A stretch of 64,000 nucleotides of DNA, taken from positions 1 through 64,000 of the forward strand of contig OZ237759.1 in NCBI GenBank assembly GCA_965178125.1, written 5' to 3'. The notes under the pieces are model-generated. The model had not been told where the DNA came from. It did no database searches and was given only the letters and a program-made list of their open reading frames with translations. The DNA comes from Bilabrum cf. latius. Taxonomy: Eukaryota. The translations under genes were made by a program, and so were the position numbers. Shown in pieces: positions 37,313-48,605 of this stretch; the first letter of the stretch is position 1; the number at the start of each line of letters is the position of its first letter.

Positions 37313-38991
37313 TCAGAAGTGGATCGGGCTCGAGTATGCCGCCATGGCTGCCTCCTTGAAGGCCTCGCTCAATGTCGGATGCGCATGGCACGTCCGCGCA
37401 ATGTCCTCGGCCGATGCACCGTACTCCATCCCCAGCACACCCTCGGCCACCATCTCGCCTGCATTGGGACCCACGATGTGCACACCCAGGATCCTATCCG
37501 TAGCCTTGTCGGTGAGGATCTTCACAAGCCCGTCGGTCTCAAGCACGGCGCGTGCCCTGCTGTTGGCCTGGAAGGGGAAGGTCCCGCTCCTGAACTCGAT
37601 GCCCTCCTCCTTGAGCTCCTCCTCGGTCTTGCCCACGCAAGCCACCTCGGGGTACGTGTAGATCACGTTAGGGATGGCGTCGTAATTCACGTGTCCGGCC
37701 AGCCCTGCGATGTTCTCCACTGCGGCGATGCCCTCCTCCTCCGCCTTGTGGGCCAGCATGGGCCCCTCCACTACGTCTCCGATGGCCCACACCCCCGGCA
37801 CGTTGGTGCGGAACTCGTGGTCGATCTCCACGCGGCCCATCTTATCCGTCTTAACGCCCACGTCCTCTAGCCCCAGGCCCTGGGTGAAGGGGCGGCGCCC
37901 CGTGGACACGAGTACGTGCGAGCACTCGAGTGTCTTGGCCTCCCCGCCCGCGCTGGGCTCCACCGTGAGGGTGACTCCGTTCTCGCCCACCTCCGAGGCA
38001 GTCACCTTGGTCTTGAGGTTGAACTTCATTCCCTGCTTCTTAAGGATCTGCTGGAACTTCTTGCCCAGTTCCCCGTCCAGAGAGGGGACGATCCGGTCCA
38101 GAAACTCAACCACGGTCACCTTGGCTCCCAATCGGCGCCACACGGAGCCCATCTCGAGCCCGATCACGCCGCCGCCCACCACCACCAGATGCTCGGGCAC
38201 CTCTGACAGCTCAAGGGCACCCGTGCTGTCCACGATGCGGCCTGCCTCGTTGTCCACGGGCACTGGGGGAAGCGGGGTCACCTCGGATCCAGTGGCCAGC
38301 AGCACGTTCTTGGTCGAGAGGGTCTGCGAGCCCCCGTCGGTCAGGGCCACTTCCACGGAGTTGGCGCCTGCTAGCTTGCCGAATCCCTTCACATAGTCCA
38401 CCTTGTTCTTCTTGCAGAGGAACTCGATACCAGAGGTGAGCCCCTCCACGGTCTTGAGCTTGGAGGCCATCATAGCGTCCAGGTCCACGCTCACGTCGTT
38501 CACGATCACGCCGTGGTCTTTGAAACCATGCGTGGCGTGCTCGTACAAGTGGCTCGAGTGCAGCAGGGCCTTAGAAGGAATGCACCCGACATTCAAGCAA
38601 GTTCCACCGAGTCTGCCGCGCGACTCGACCACTGCAGTCTTGAGCCCAAGCTGTCCTGCCTTGATAGCGGCCACGTACCCGCCTGGGCCCCCACCTACCA
38701 CCACAACGTCGTACTGACCTGCAACACAATGATATGAGAAATAGCTGATCTGGCATGTGGGTTCGAAACAGCAAGTACGTAGCTCTCGATCCCAGTGTAT
38801 ACGCCGCATCTTCCCCGGTGGTTGCATTGATGCTGTGAGCTTGGAGCACGCAATGCAGCGCAAATAACACGCAATTCTCAACAAGCGCAATGATGAAGAA
38901 GCCACTTACCGTCAGAAGCAGCTGCGGCAGCAGACATGGCTCTCGTCGAACTAGAGATGCGCATGCCGCGGGCGATCGCCGATACCTGCAT
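37313..38991 (-). CDS. DLD: Mitochondrial dihydrolipoamide dehydrogenase (E3), about 495 aa, one intron (38719-38909)
   Basis: GGGPGGY, GGTCLNVGCIPSK, GGGVIGLE and HAHPTLSE motifs. A GTAAGT...TTGCAG intron joins a presequence-like exon (MQVSAIARGMRISSSTRAMS). TGA stop; no in-frame TAG. Confidence 0.96.
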
Positions 38992-39398
38992 CGTGCAGAC
39001 ACACCAGGGTGAAAGGCAAGCAAGTATACTTAATCACACATAAAACACGATATAAGCCTGCAGCATCACTTCTGACCACGTTCCGAAGGAGGTGACCAAG
39101 GGCGTGATCAAGGTTCTTCCATTCGCAAATTCGCTCAAGTTCAACAGAGAACGGGTGGTTGCTGGGCACTACGCACGCAATATCTCACAGCAGACAAGCG
39201 ACTAGCACGAGTGGCTACTGCAAACATGTTTGCAGGCAAGGGAGCTCAGTATATACGCCACGCCACTCCTCTGCATAAACCAGAGTTTCTGCAAGTTGCA
39301 GCTCGTTACAATATAGGCAACGGATCGACCTTTTCAACACAAGCACATATTGGTTTCGTTGAGACTTTTCATCTACATCGCTGTGAGTTGCACTAAGA

Positions 39399-40024
39399 AT
39401 GGCTGCATCATCTGGTGTAGCAGCGGGTGGGGCTATTGATGATGCCTTCGAGGATGATTTCGACGTGGACGGTGCTGGTGTGAAAGTTGAACCAACGTAC
39501 AAAACCAAGCCGGACGAGGACAAGCAGTGAGACAATACTCATTTTTGCTTCAGCTTATGCAATTCAGTCCCGACAATCTTGTCCTCCTCGGCTTGTTTCT
39601 CGGCCATCTGCAGGTTCATGCCATCGGTAGCTCGAGAGATTTGTAAGGAGGTAGTATCCAAGGTTCTGGACGGAAAGACTTGGCAAGGGGACGAAGAAAC
39701 AGTATGGACTAGAGAAATTACCCAAGAAATTAGGAGGAGAGTGAAGGGAGAGATGGACTTACCGCGTTACAAGGTGGTCGTCCAGGTAGCATTGGGGGAG
39801 GTCAGATCTCAGTCCGTAAGGGTTGCAAGCAGGTGCTTGTGGGATGCTGAGGTAGACAACTATTCATCATATTCTTGGCATAACGTGAGTGCTCCAAGTT
39901 TTCGCGGTTTGGCATAAGGTGAGGATTCAAAAGCACATCGCAACTCGTATCCCTGCCTTCCGGTCTAGTATCGCAGGATAGCTTGTGGTGTAGTGCGATG
40001 GTGTTTGCTTTGTACACTGAGTGA
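39399..40024 (+). CDS. Tctex-1 family dynein light chain (TCTEX1D2-like), two introns
   Basis: EPTYKTKP, PRYKVVVQVALGE, SRCLWDAEVDNY and VFALYTE* motifs. Introns are GTGAGA...CTGCAG and GTGAGT...TCGCAG. TGA stop. Confidence 0.9.
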
Positions 40025-40295
40025 TTAATTTATAATTAGTTTCATTTGGTAGCTAGCGAAATCTGTGCGTTACGCGACACGCGTACTCGTGTGTAAGGGT
40101 ATCCCATCTCGGATGGCTGACAGTGTCTGATCGCCGCATGCTTGGGTCGCTACGGCATCTAAGATCCAATACTACGGGCGCATACAGCTAGCTACACAAA
40201 CGTGTGTTCGCTTGCAACTGCCACAAGATGTACCCCAATCCGGATTCGACTCTCGCTGAATTTCAAGACGCAGCAGCGCCCCCACCAGAAGCCCC

Positions 40296-42194
40296 TCACG
40301 TGCAAGCAGTGGCCCCCGCGCCGCGCAACACTGCCCACCCTGTCCCCATCGGAGGCACAGCGATCGACACGCTTCCATCTGGCCCCGGGGCCACGCTGGA
40401 AGGCACCCACGGGGGCAGCTCGTCGTTGGGGCCCAGCTGCAGTGGCTTGCCGTTCAGCTCTACCACGGGGCTGTACAGGTCCCCTCCCGACGGAGAGAGG
40501 GCGTACAGGTCCGCACTCGTCACATCAGCACCAGCCCTCACGGTCAGGCGGATCGTGTCCAGAGTGGAGGCAGAGGCCCAGAACACCACCACATCGCCCG
40601 GGCCCGCACTCATGACACCATCTCCGCCAGCAGCGGCGCAGTGCGCGTAGGCCCTGAAGGTGCCGTTCAGGGGACCTCCTTGGAGCTGCGCCCCTCCGTC
40701 AGTGGTGGTGGCATGCAGCACGTTTGGCCCCACTAGTCGGTTGTAACCGAATCCGACCCAGTAGTCGGGAAACGGCTCGAAATTGCTCGTGTTGAGGAGC
40801 TCGTAGTGTCCCCCCACCAGCGTCTGTCGGTTGAAACCCACGACTCCCACTTTGGCCAACACCCCCAGAGCATCCAGGTAGTAGATGGAGGATGCGTAAG
40901 TGTTCGTCACACCGTCGATGCCGCCCCCGTTGTGGGGCCCGCCCTCGCCCAGCACGACTGGCCGAGGGGAAGGCAGGCCGACGGCGGTGTCGATCTCTTG
41001 GACCCACCCGACCAAGTCCACGGCCTGTTGTAGCGTGTTGTTTAGGAGCATGGGCCAGGTGGGTGGGTCGTTGTAGGAGTGAAACACTACGACGTCGATG
41101 GTTCCATCTCTGGCGGTGCGGTTCAGCGCAGGGAACCAGAAGTACGGCGCGTGGTCGAACGAGGGCTGCCCCGGGCACGGTCCGTAAGAGCCGGGCACGC
41201 CGGTCCGATCAGATTTAAACGCCTGATCACGCACCTGCTTGAAGACGTCAAATGACTCCATGTAGCTCTCAAAGTCGCTGTCGTAGCTGCGTGGGTCAAT
41301 CTCTTCACCAAGCTCGATCCCGTTCAAGACGCTAGCCTGCGTAGCGTTCTTGCCCACGTGCTCAAGAAAAGCCTGCGGGTTCGTCTTGTTCCACACCAGC
41401 TTTGTGCCGGATACCACAGGGTACGAGAGGCCCCACGTCAGGCTGGAGCCGGTGTATCGCATGAAATCGACAAACTCGGCCCAGCGCGTCATGTTGAGAC
41501 AGAGACCGTTCCCTCCCTGCTCTCCGCATTGAGCAGGTGTCATATCCCCTACCAAGTACTTCACAGACTTGTCCAGCCCGCCACCGACACGAATGGTGCC
41601 GGGGCGAAGCGCCCTTGTCAGCTTGCGCAGGCGGGCATCTTGGAGGTCGATGTTCAGCAGGCCAGCGTTGCCCCAGCCGCCAGACGCCCCTCCACCCGGC
41701 GGCCACCAGTCCAATGTAACTCCCATATACGTCGGTGGCAGCGTTCGGACTGGATCCGCGTCAGTTTTGATGTTCATCGCGACAGGAACGCTAGTTGGCA
41801 GAGGCGAAGGAGACGGACTGGGGGGCGGGGAATGGCCGCATCCCCCGCTCACTCGATTGGGTTCGCAATGATCAGGGTCATGCTACTAGTTGTCCTTGAG
41901 CCAGCAATTGTATGGGTCATCTGTCTCGATAGAAGCTGGAGGCGCCCATGTCCATGCGACGCAGCCTTGCGCACCTTTGCAATGGGTGCAGCAGTTCTCT
42001 GGAGTGTCCACGTTTGCGAGCTTTCCAAACTGATGTCCAGTGCCAATACACGTTGCTTTTTTCATGGCAGTGCAGGAGCAATCGCGGGTGGTGGGCGGGA
42101 ACGATTGGGATCCAAGCGCTGACGTCGCCTGTTGCACGCAATTCATGGCTGCAAGCGACACAAAGCAAGAAAACGTGGCCGAAGCTACTTTCAT
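40296..42194 (-). CDS. Secreted PAN/Apple-domain + GH79 (heparanase-like) glycoside hydrolase, 632 aa
   Basis: Signal-like N-terminus; Apple-type CCxxC..CVAWTW..CWLK..VSG spanning tandem TAG TAG (41883-41888); GH79 motifs TLDWWP, IRVGG, LGEGG, YYLDALG, RQTLVGGHY and PFPDYW. TGA stop. Confidence 0.85.
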
Positions 42195-42614
42195 TGCGAT
42201 TTTTCTTGTCCGGTAGAGGTTCTCCTACTAAGAAATGAAAGTACGCACTTGTCGGAATGAAAGGCGGATCGGATCGATCCGTCATCAGGGCGAGGTGCCT
42301 CATGATGGCCGGACTCGACCGGAGCAAATCGCCGCCGACCGGATCAGATGGATCGCTGAAGTGTGACGGCAGCGCACCATCCGGGCTGAAGCACGAGCAC
42401 GTATCACCTGGGGGGCCATCTGTGCGAGATGATTGCCTGCGATCTTCGTCTACTTCTCTCGCAGCGGTGCCAACCGCGCGCACAGTCTCCATCCTGTCGG
42501 TCTTCACCATTATTCTGATACACCTTTCGTCCTCAAATTTTCCTCCTCCTCACCGACTTTAAGGCAGTCTAGCTCTGCCATGATGGCCTGCTAGCAGTGC
42601 ATCATCACGTTGGA

Positions 42615-45213
42615 TCACAGGAGCACTGCCTCCCGGTTGGCAAGCACGACATCCTTGGTCAGCATAGTTAGGTCGTTCCGGGTCAGGCTGCGGCTGCGTT
42701 GCAGCTCATCTAACCACTTGCACGGGTATTCCTTACTCAGCGTCACAGTACCGTCGGCCACCACGTACGTCGACAAATCCTCCGGCCTATCAGCCGGGGT
42801 AGCCGGCGAGCCAGGGGCTGCAGCATGGGATCCAGAGGAAGCAGCTCCTGCTCCTGCTCCAGGTCTCGAGCCCTAAGACGTGCCCCCCGCCCCGGCCCGC
42901 CGCGCCGCAGCTCTGTCCCTGGTCCTCTGCACGGCCCTGGCCACCTCTCCCTCCAAGTGGTCCGCCCTCGACTCGAGCATCACTCGGGCCACTTGAGGGG
43001 CAGGCCGGCGGGTCGAGCACACGGGGCACCTGATCTTGCTCCACAGATTCATCGCGGTGCACTCGCACACGTAGTGCGTGGGAGCACCCTTCTTGCGAAG
43101 GGCCTTGCGGATCTTCTGAGCCTGCGCATGCTGTGGCTTCCACCGGGATGGGACCTCGGTGTCTTTGAACGACTTGGCCTTGCGACGGGCTGCGCGCCCC
43201 CCGCTGGCTGGGCCCGCCAAGGCCGCAGCCACGGCTGCCTCCTCCGCCGCCAGTGCCTCCTCTGCCCTGAGTCGGGCTTTCACATCGCACTAGGCGCCTC
43301 TTTCCAGCTCTTGCTGCAGCGTCTGGCGATGGACACCGGCCGATTTAGCTGACAATCCGGCATTTCTGGGCAGCGGGCCTCCTCGGGGAAGCACCAACTG
43401 GAAGGGGGCGGCCACCGGCGTCAGGCTGCGGCCCACAAAGTCGTACAGCGCCGCAAGGGTCAGGCGAGGGGAGGATCGGACCGTGACGAGGTCAGGCTGA
43501 GACTCGCTGCTCAGTGGGGTGCGCATGAGCTGAATCCTGAACCGGAGCGCCTGCTCTCCCACGGCACCGGCAGCCCCCTCCATTGCCCGCACCTCCTCCT
43601 CGGACTCTCCCGGCATGAGGGCAAACACGCCCTCTCGCCTCATGCGAGCCGCCACCTGCGCCCGCCTTGCCCTCTCCTCCCTGATTGCCTGCGCCGCCTC
43701 CTCCACTTGCTTGCGCATGGTCTCGGCCCCCTCGTCTTCAAAGGAGTACTCGCGCTGCAGACGAGGGGCCTCCATGCCGGGCGGAGGGCCCGCCCCCGCG
43801 CCTGAAGCAGGGCCATCAGCAGGTGGGGCGCCGGCGCCCGCATCGGCGACTGTTGGTGCTCCGGCTGCCGTGGCATCGGCACCTCCCGAGGCGGCCCCCC
43901 CCCACTGGGCACGGGCCACTCTCTTCCTCGCCTTCCTGTCGCGCGCCCGCTGGGCACTGGCGGCTGCCACGGCCTTCACGTCGTCCTGGGCGGGCAGCAC
44001 GTCAAGAGAGATCGTGCTCTCCCAGTCCCCTTGCCATGCAGACGCAGCAGGTGCTCGCGGCTTGAGCCCCGTGACGTAGAAGCTGAGGTCTCTGCCGTTC
44101 TCTTGCAGCTCGACCACCGAGCCGAGAGCCACGCACGAGTATTTTGTCATTTCGTACTCGAGGAATTGCTTCGGATCAGGCAAGTTGCCGAAATCCTTCG
44201 TGAATGGGAGCACTTGCACGTGCTCCAGCCTAGGCAAAGCCACAGGGCGGACGTACACCTCTGTCAGCTCGCCCGCAGCGGCAGCCCGCATGAGCCAGTT
44301 GGGCAGTACGAGCAAGTCGTCTCCGTCGGGGCCTGGCAGCTTGTGCGTCCCACCGATGCCGCAGTACGTTCGAATTCCGTGAGGGCTCTTGATTTCGAAC
44401 GTCATTGCTGCTCCTGATATGGAATCTTCCAGCACGCGCATGACAGAAGGAGGTATGAGCACTTTATCCCCGCGCTCGAAGCCGGGCGGAATGCCGATGT
44501 CGTCCCCCAACGTGCACTCGCCAACGAATGCGGCGGACGCGATGTAGAACGGCTTATGGAATCTATCTTTTGCTGCCGTGCCGACTTGGAGCGGCGCGGC
44601 ACTCTTTCGCGCCAAGTACCTCGCTCGACATGCATGGAAAGCTAGATCGGGGTAGGGTGTGCACGTGCCAATCTTCACCCTTGCTCCCTGCTGTACTAGG
44701 CTTTCCCTAGCCCATGTAAGAATCATGTCCATGGTGAAGAGCTTGGGATTCCAGCCTTCGCTGAAAATTGGTGGCAAGCAAATAGCGCCTCCAGCCACTC
44801 CGCCAGTGAAACGGACTAGAAGCGGAGACCGGAGCATAACAAGCGGTGGCTAGCTGGGGTAATCGCTGGGAAACAGCACCTCTAAATGCATGCATCCGTC
44901 ACCAGCTCCTTCTTTTCCCGCAGTCTGGTCCTTGTGCTGCAAAAGGTCGTCTTGCAACTGCGTGCGATTGGATGGTGTGAGGTTTCGAGGGTGGGAATAA
45001 CGCTAGGCGCGATATAGATCGTTAATCTCGGCGAATATATCACACCTGTTTGCCATTCGGGGTATTGTTGTCAAAATTTCTGATTGTCACGCGCCACAGC
45101 CTTGGATTGGTACCGCTTGGATCAACTGCGATAGTGCTGCTTGATTGCTCCCTTCGCACGCGATCGAGCTACGATGCTATGGCAGCAGCAGTGGCAGGTA
45201 GTATTGAAGCCAT
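42615..45213 (-). CDS. UBE2Q-like E2 domain + UFD1-like + UBX-like + RanBP2-type zinc finger protein, about 836 aa, intron 44958-45045
   Basis: E2: LEVLFPSDYPS*PP...GGAIC...GW. UFD1: GDKVLIPPS, LPNWLM, PKQFLE..MTKYSC. UBX: TLAALYDFV. ZnF: YVCECTAMN-x6-CPVC. Fragments are joined across TAGs; TGA stop at 42615. Confidence 0.75.
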
Positions 45214-45418
45214 TGCGCTTCCTGATTCTGTCTGGTGTAAAAGTTACCATGTTTTGTGATCTCGGGATTTACGCGATATCCACACGCAACTGCTGCTGCC
45301 ACGCAAGAACTTTGGAACTGCACAGCTTAAGGTACTTTTTAGGTACCCTACACCTAGAGGTCAGCTCACTACTCAGAGTCGAATCGAGGCAAAGCAGCGG
45401 AGGGTTGATGATAGCACG

Positions 45419-48400
45419 TCACTGCCCCGTGCCAGTGGTCTCCTAGCACGCTGCACGGCCCCTCGCATCAGCCGCTGCCAGTGCGTCTACGCCCCTGTTG
45501 GAGAGGCCCTGCACCCGGGCAATGCGGGCTCGTACCTCGGCTTGGTACACTGACAACTGAAGTGGCTGTGACGTACCCGCCCCTTTGCGCTCCCTGGCTT
45601 TCCTAAAGGCGGGGGCCTCCATGCGTGCTGCCAGTCCCCGCAAGCGCTGTCGAGGGACTTCCTCGGTGGGCCCCCGCGACGACGATGCACCGCTGGCAGC
45701 GCGCGTGCCTCGCCAGTTGGACTCAAGACTGACCAGCATCTGCTGCACTGCACGCAGCCTCAGCTACTTCACCTGGCTTTCTGACAGCGGGTGGGACTGA
45801 GTGGCCTGTGCAGTATTCTCTCCACCACGGACCTCAGCTGCTACTGGTGGTTGTCCAGCCTGCGGTACCGTCCGTCTCCTCTTCTGCATGCGCTCTCTGA
45901 GGCTAGCTACAGCCTCATCTCCGGTCAGCTCGCCACTACGTCTTTGCGAGCGCCTCCGCGCAGGCCCGATACCCCCACCCTCCCCACTCTCACCTTCTTC
46001 CCCATCCTCGCTAGATCCGCCCTCACCTGCGCTGCTCACGTCCTCGAGATCATCCACAGCTCCCGTGTTGAGCTGCAGGTGCCCAGGCAGCCGGGTCGAT
46101 GAGCCCCTCTCTCGCTTGCGACCTATCGATGACCCGCCAGCTCTGCTGCCCTGCACACGCTCCACACCTGAGGAGCGCTGCATCAGGGCCTCCCTGCCAG
46201 TCTTGAAGCCGAGCCCAGGACCGCTCCGTGGACCCCTTGGGACGCACTCAGGAAGCACATCAGGTCGTCCTAGGATGCCACTAGCTAGCAAGGGAACCTT
46301 CGAAGACATGGCCGCAAGGATGGAAGAGTTCGTGCTGGTGATGATACTGCTGGTACCGATGCTGGTGCCTCTGACCTAGCGCGCGGCCTGCTGGTGCATG
46401 GTGCCGCACTAGGCGCACCTACCTGCTGCACACACGTCGCACGGCTGCCCCGAGGCGCACAGACACGGGACACGGTGATCGCCGACTGATGCTCCGCCCC
46501 CCTTGGCCGTTTTGGGCGCCGGGGATTCCTTGAGAATCTACAACTCTTCTGCATGAAACTGCAGCTGATGCGCTGCGGTATCCACCGCGGCGCGGACGCG
46601 GCGCTCATGTGTGGCTAGGGCAGCTTGGAAGGCCAGTGGACAAGACGACCCCAGACCCAGCGCGTCCAGTGCGGCCTGTCCTCGTCTCGATGCGCGCATA
46701 CTGCTTGCCGCTGCAGCCGTCTCCCCGGCTGCACTAACGGCACGTCGAGACGGCACGGTGTCAAGGCTAGAACCGTCATCCTCGCCAAAGTGACGGAGCA
46801 GTATGCCTCTGCGACACGTTGCTAGTTCACTGGTGCTCGGGCAGCAGTACCGCCGCACGTCGGCTAGGCTGCGGGCCTCTCGAATGAGCCTTGCGGCAGC
46901 GGCGATATCCCTGTCGTCGAGCGGGAACCTGGTCGCAATCCCACCGGCCGCACTACTGGCACTGCTCGGGGCAGGTGCATGCCGTGCAAAGTGCTCCAGG
47001 AACGTCTTGCGCGACAAGAAGGCGTACTTGTCGATGCAGTCAAGGTCCAGCATCACTGCGCCTACTGCTGGCAATTTGTCGCGGCCTGCCCTGCCACACT
47101 CTTGGTACAGCCCCTCGATAGATTTGGGTGGATTCCAGTGCACGACTGCCCTGACGTCGGGCGCGTCAATTCCCATGCCGAACGCAAGCGTGGCCACCAC
47201 CACAGCGCCAGCTTGGGAGGTCCACCACCGCTGGGCAGAGCCCCTATCCGACGCAGATAGGCCTGCGTGATAAGGCCTAGCGCTCATACCAGCACCCCGC
47301 AGCGCGGCTGCAACCTCCTCGCAGGTACTTCTCTTGAAGCAGTACACAATGCACCGACCAGACGATGTGGCTCCACCGGGCCCGAGCATGCCCTTAGGCT
47401 TGCTGCCCGTCTTGCTGGTGTTTTTGCTGGCACGACTGCCAGCATTCCCCCGAGCCACCTTGATTCTTCGAAAGGATGATTCATCGCCCGCACTACCCGG
47501 TGCATATGCCTGTCCCACCTCAGCGGCCAGAGCCAGGGCACCCCGAAGCACTGCGCAAACGAGGCGCAGCTTGACTTGCTGCGGGGACTCTTGCTCGGAG
47601 CCCGACATGGGACCGCCTGCGAAGGGGTTCCACGGGGCTGACCCACGGCCAAACCCGGGCGACCTGCGCCTCGGCACCTGGGCGCAGCACAGGGCCAGCT
47701 CGGGGCGGTTCACGCTGAGCCTCCACACGACGCCGTTGTGCACGTAGGCAACTCCGCACGAGACAGACCGCCGGGGCCGCACTCTCTTGCTCGCAAGCTA
47801 TTGGCCAGCACTGGAGGTAGCATGCTCAGGAGGTCGCAGGTGCAGCACCGAGCATATGTCGCTTGCAACACGCGCAGTTGCCGTGGCTGTAAGCGCTAGG
47901 AATGGCACGCGAGGAATGCACCCGCGCAACCGCCCAAGGCCCCGAAACGCCGGTCGGAAGTCATGACCCCAGGATGACACGCAGTGTGCCTCATCAACGA
48001 CAACACAAGCTAGGTTATTCTTTGAAGCACACGATCGAGCTGCTTCTCGGACCTCAGTCCCCTGCAAAGTTTCAGGGGTCGTGAACACAAGCCACCCCTG
48101 CCGATCCGATTTCGAATCAGAGTGCTTTGTTATATCCCCGTCTTCAAGATCTTTGAGAATCCTGGCTCTATCACCAGGACATGTCGTTGATGTAAGGGAC
48201 TCAGCTCGAAGGCCTCGCAGTTTTGAAGTGCGGACCTGATCCTGAATCAAGGCAAGCAGGGGCGACACAACCAGCACAGCTTTTCCGGAGTGCTGGGCCA
48301 CAACCTAATATATTAAAGACTTGCCGGCGCCAGTGGGCAGAATGCCGCAGACATCTTGGCCAGCAAGTACTTCACCAGCAATTTCTTCCTGTAGGGGGCG

Positions 48401-48442
48401 AAACGCAGCGATCTGCAACAACCTGAGCGAGCTCGACAGCAT
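45419..48442 (-). CDS. RecQ-family DNA helicase, about 1000 aa (start uncertain)
   Basis: FRPLQ, PTGAGKSLIY*, SPLLALIQDQ, DEAHCVSSWGHDFRP, LTATA, ATLAFGMGID, QECGRAGRD and CRR..CDVC motifs in one frame across 7 TAGs. TGA stop. Confidence 0.92.
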
Positions 48443-48605
48443 CAGTATTTATTCTGCCATGTGTTCCTGCAAGTATTGCCACAAGTTCTGCTGCGAGGTT
48501 CGTTGTGGTGAGGAGCAGGTGCTTTCTTGCATTCATCTTTGAATTGGTGCCTCATCGCATAGTTTCCGTTCGCGGCACACTTCTCGCCCGAGGCTGCTGC
48601 AGATC

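Noticed and set aside
41917-42510. 197-aa minus-strand ORF
   Set aside because: It overlaps the GH79 gene start in another frame and has no recognisable motif. A short real gene cannot be excluded.
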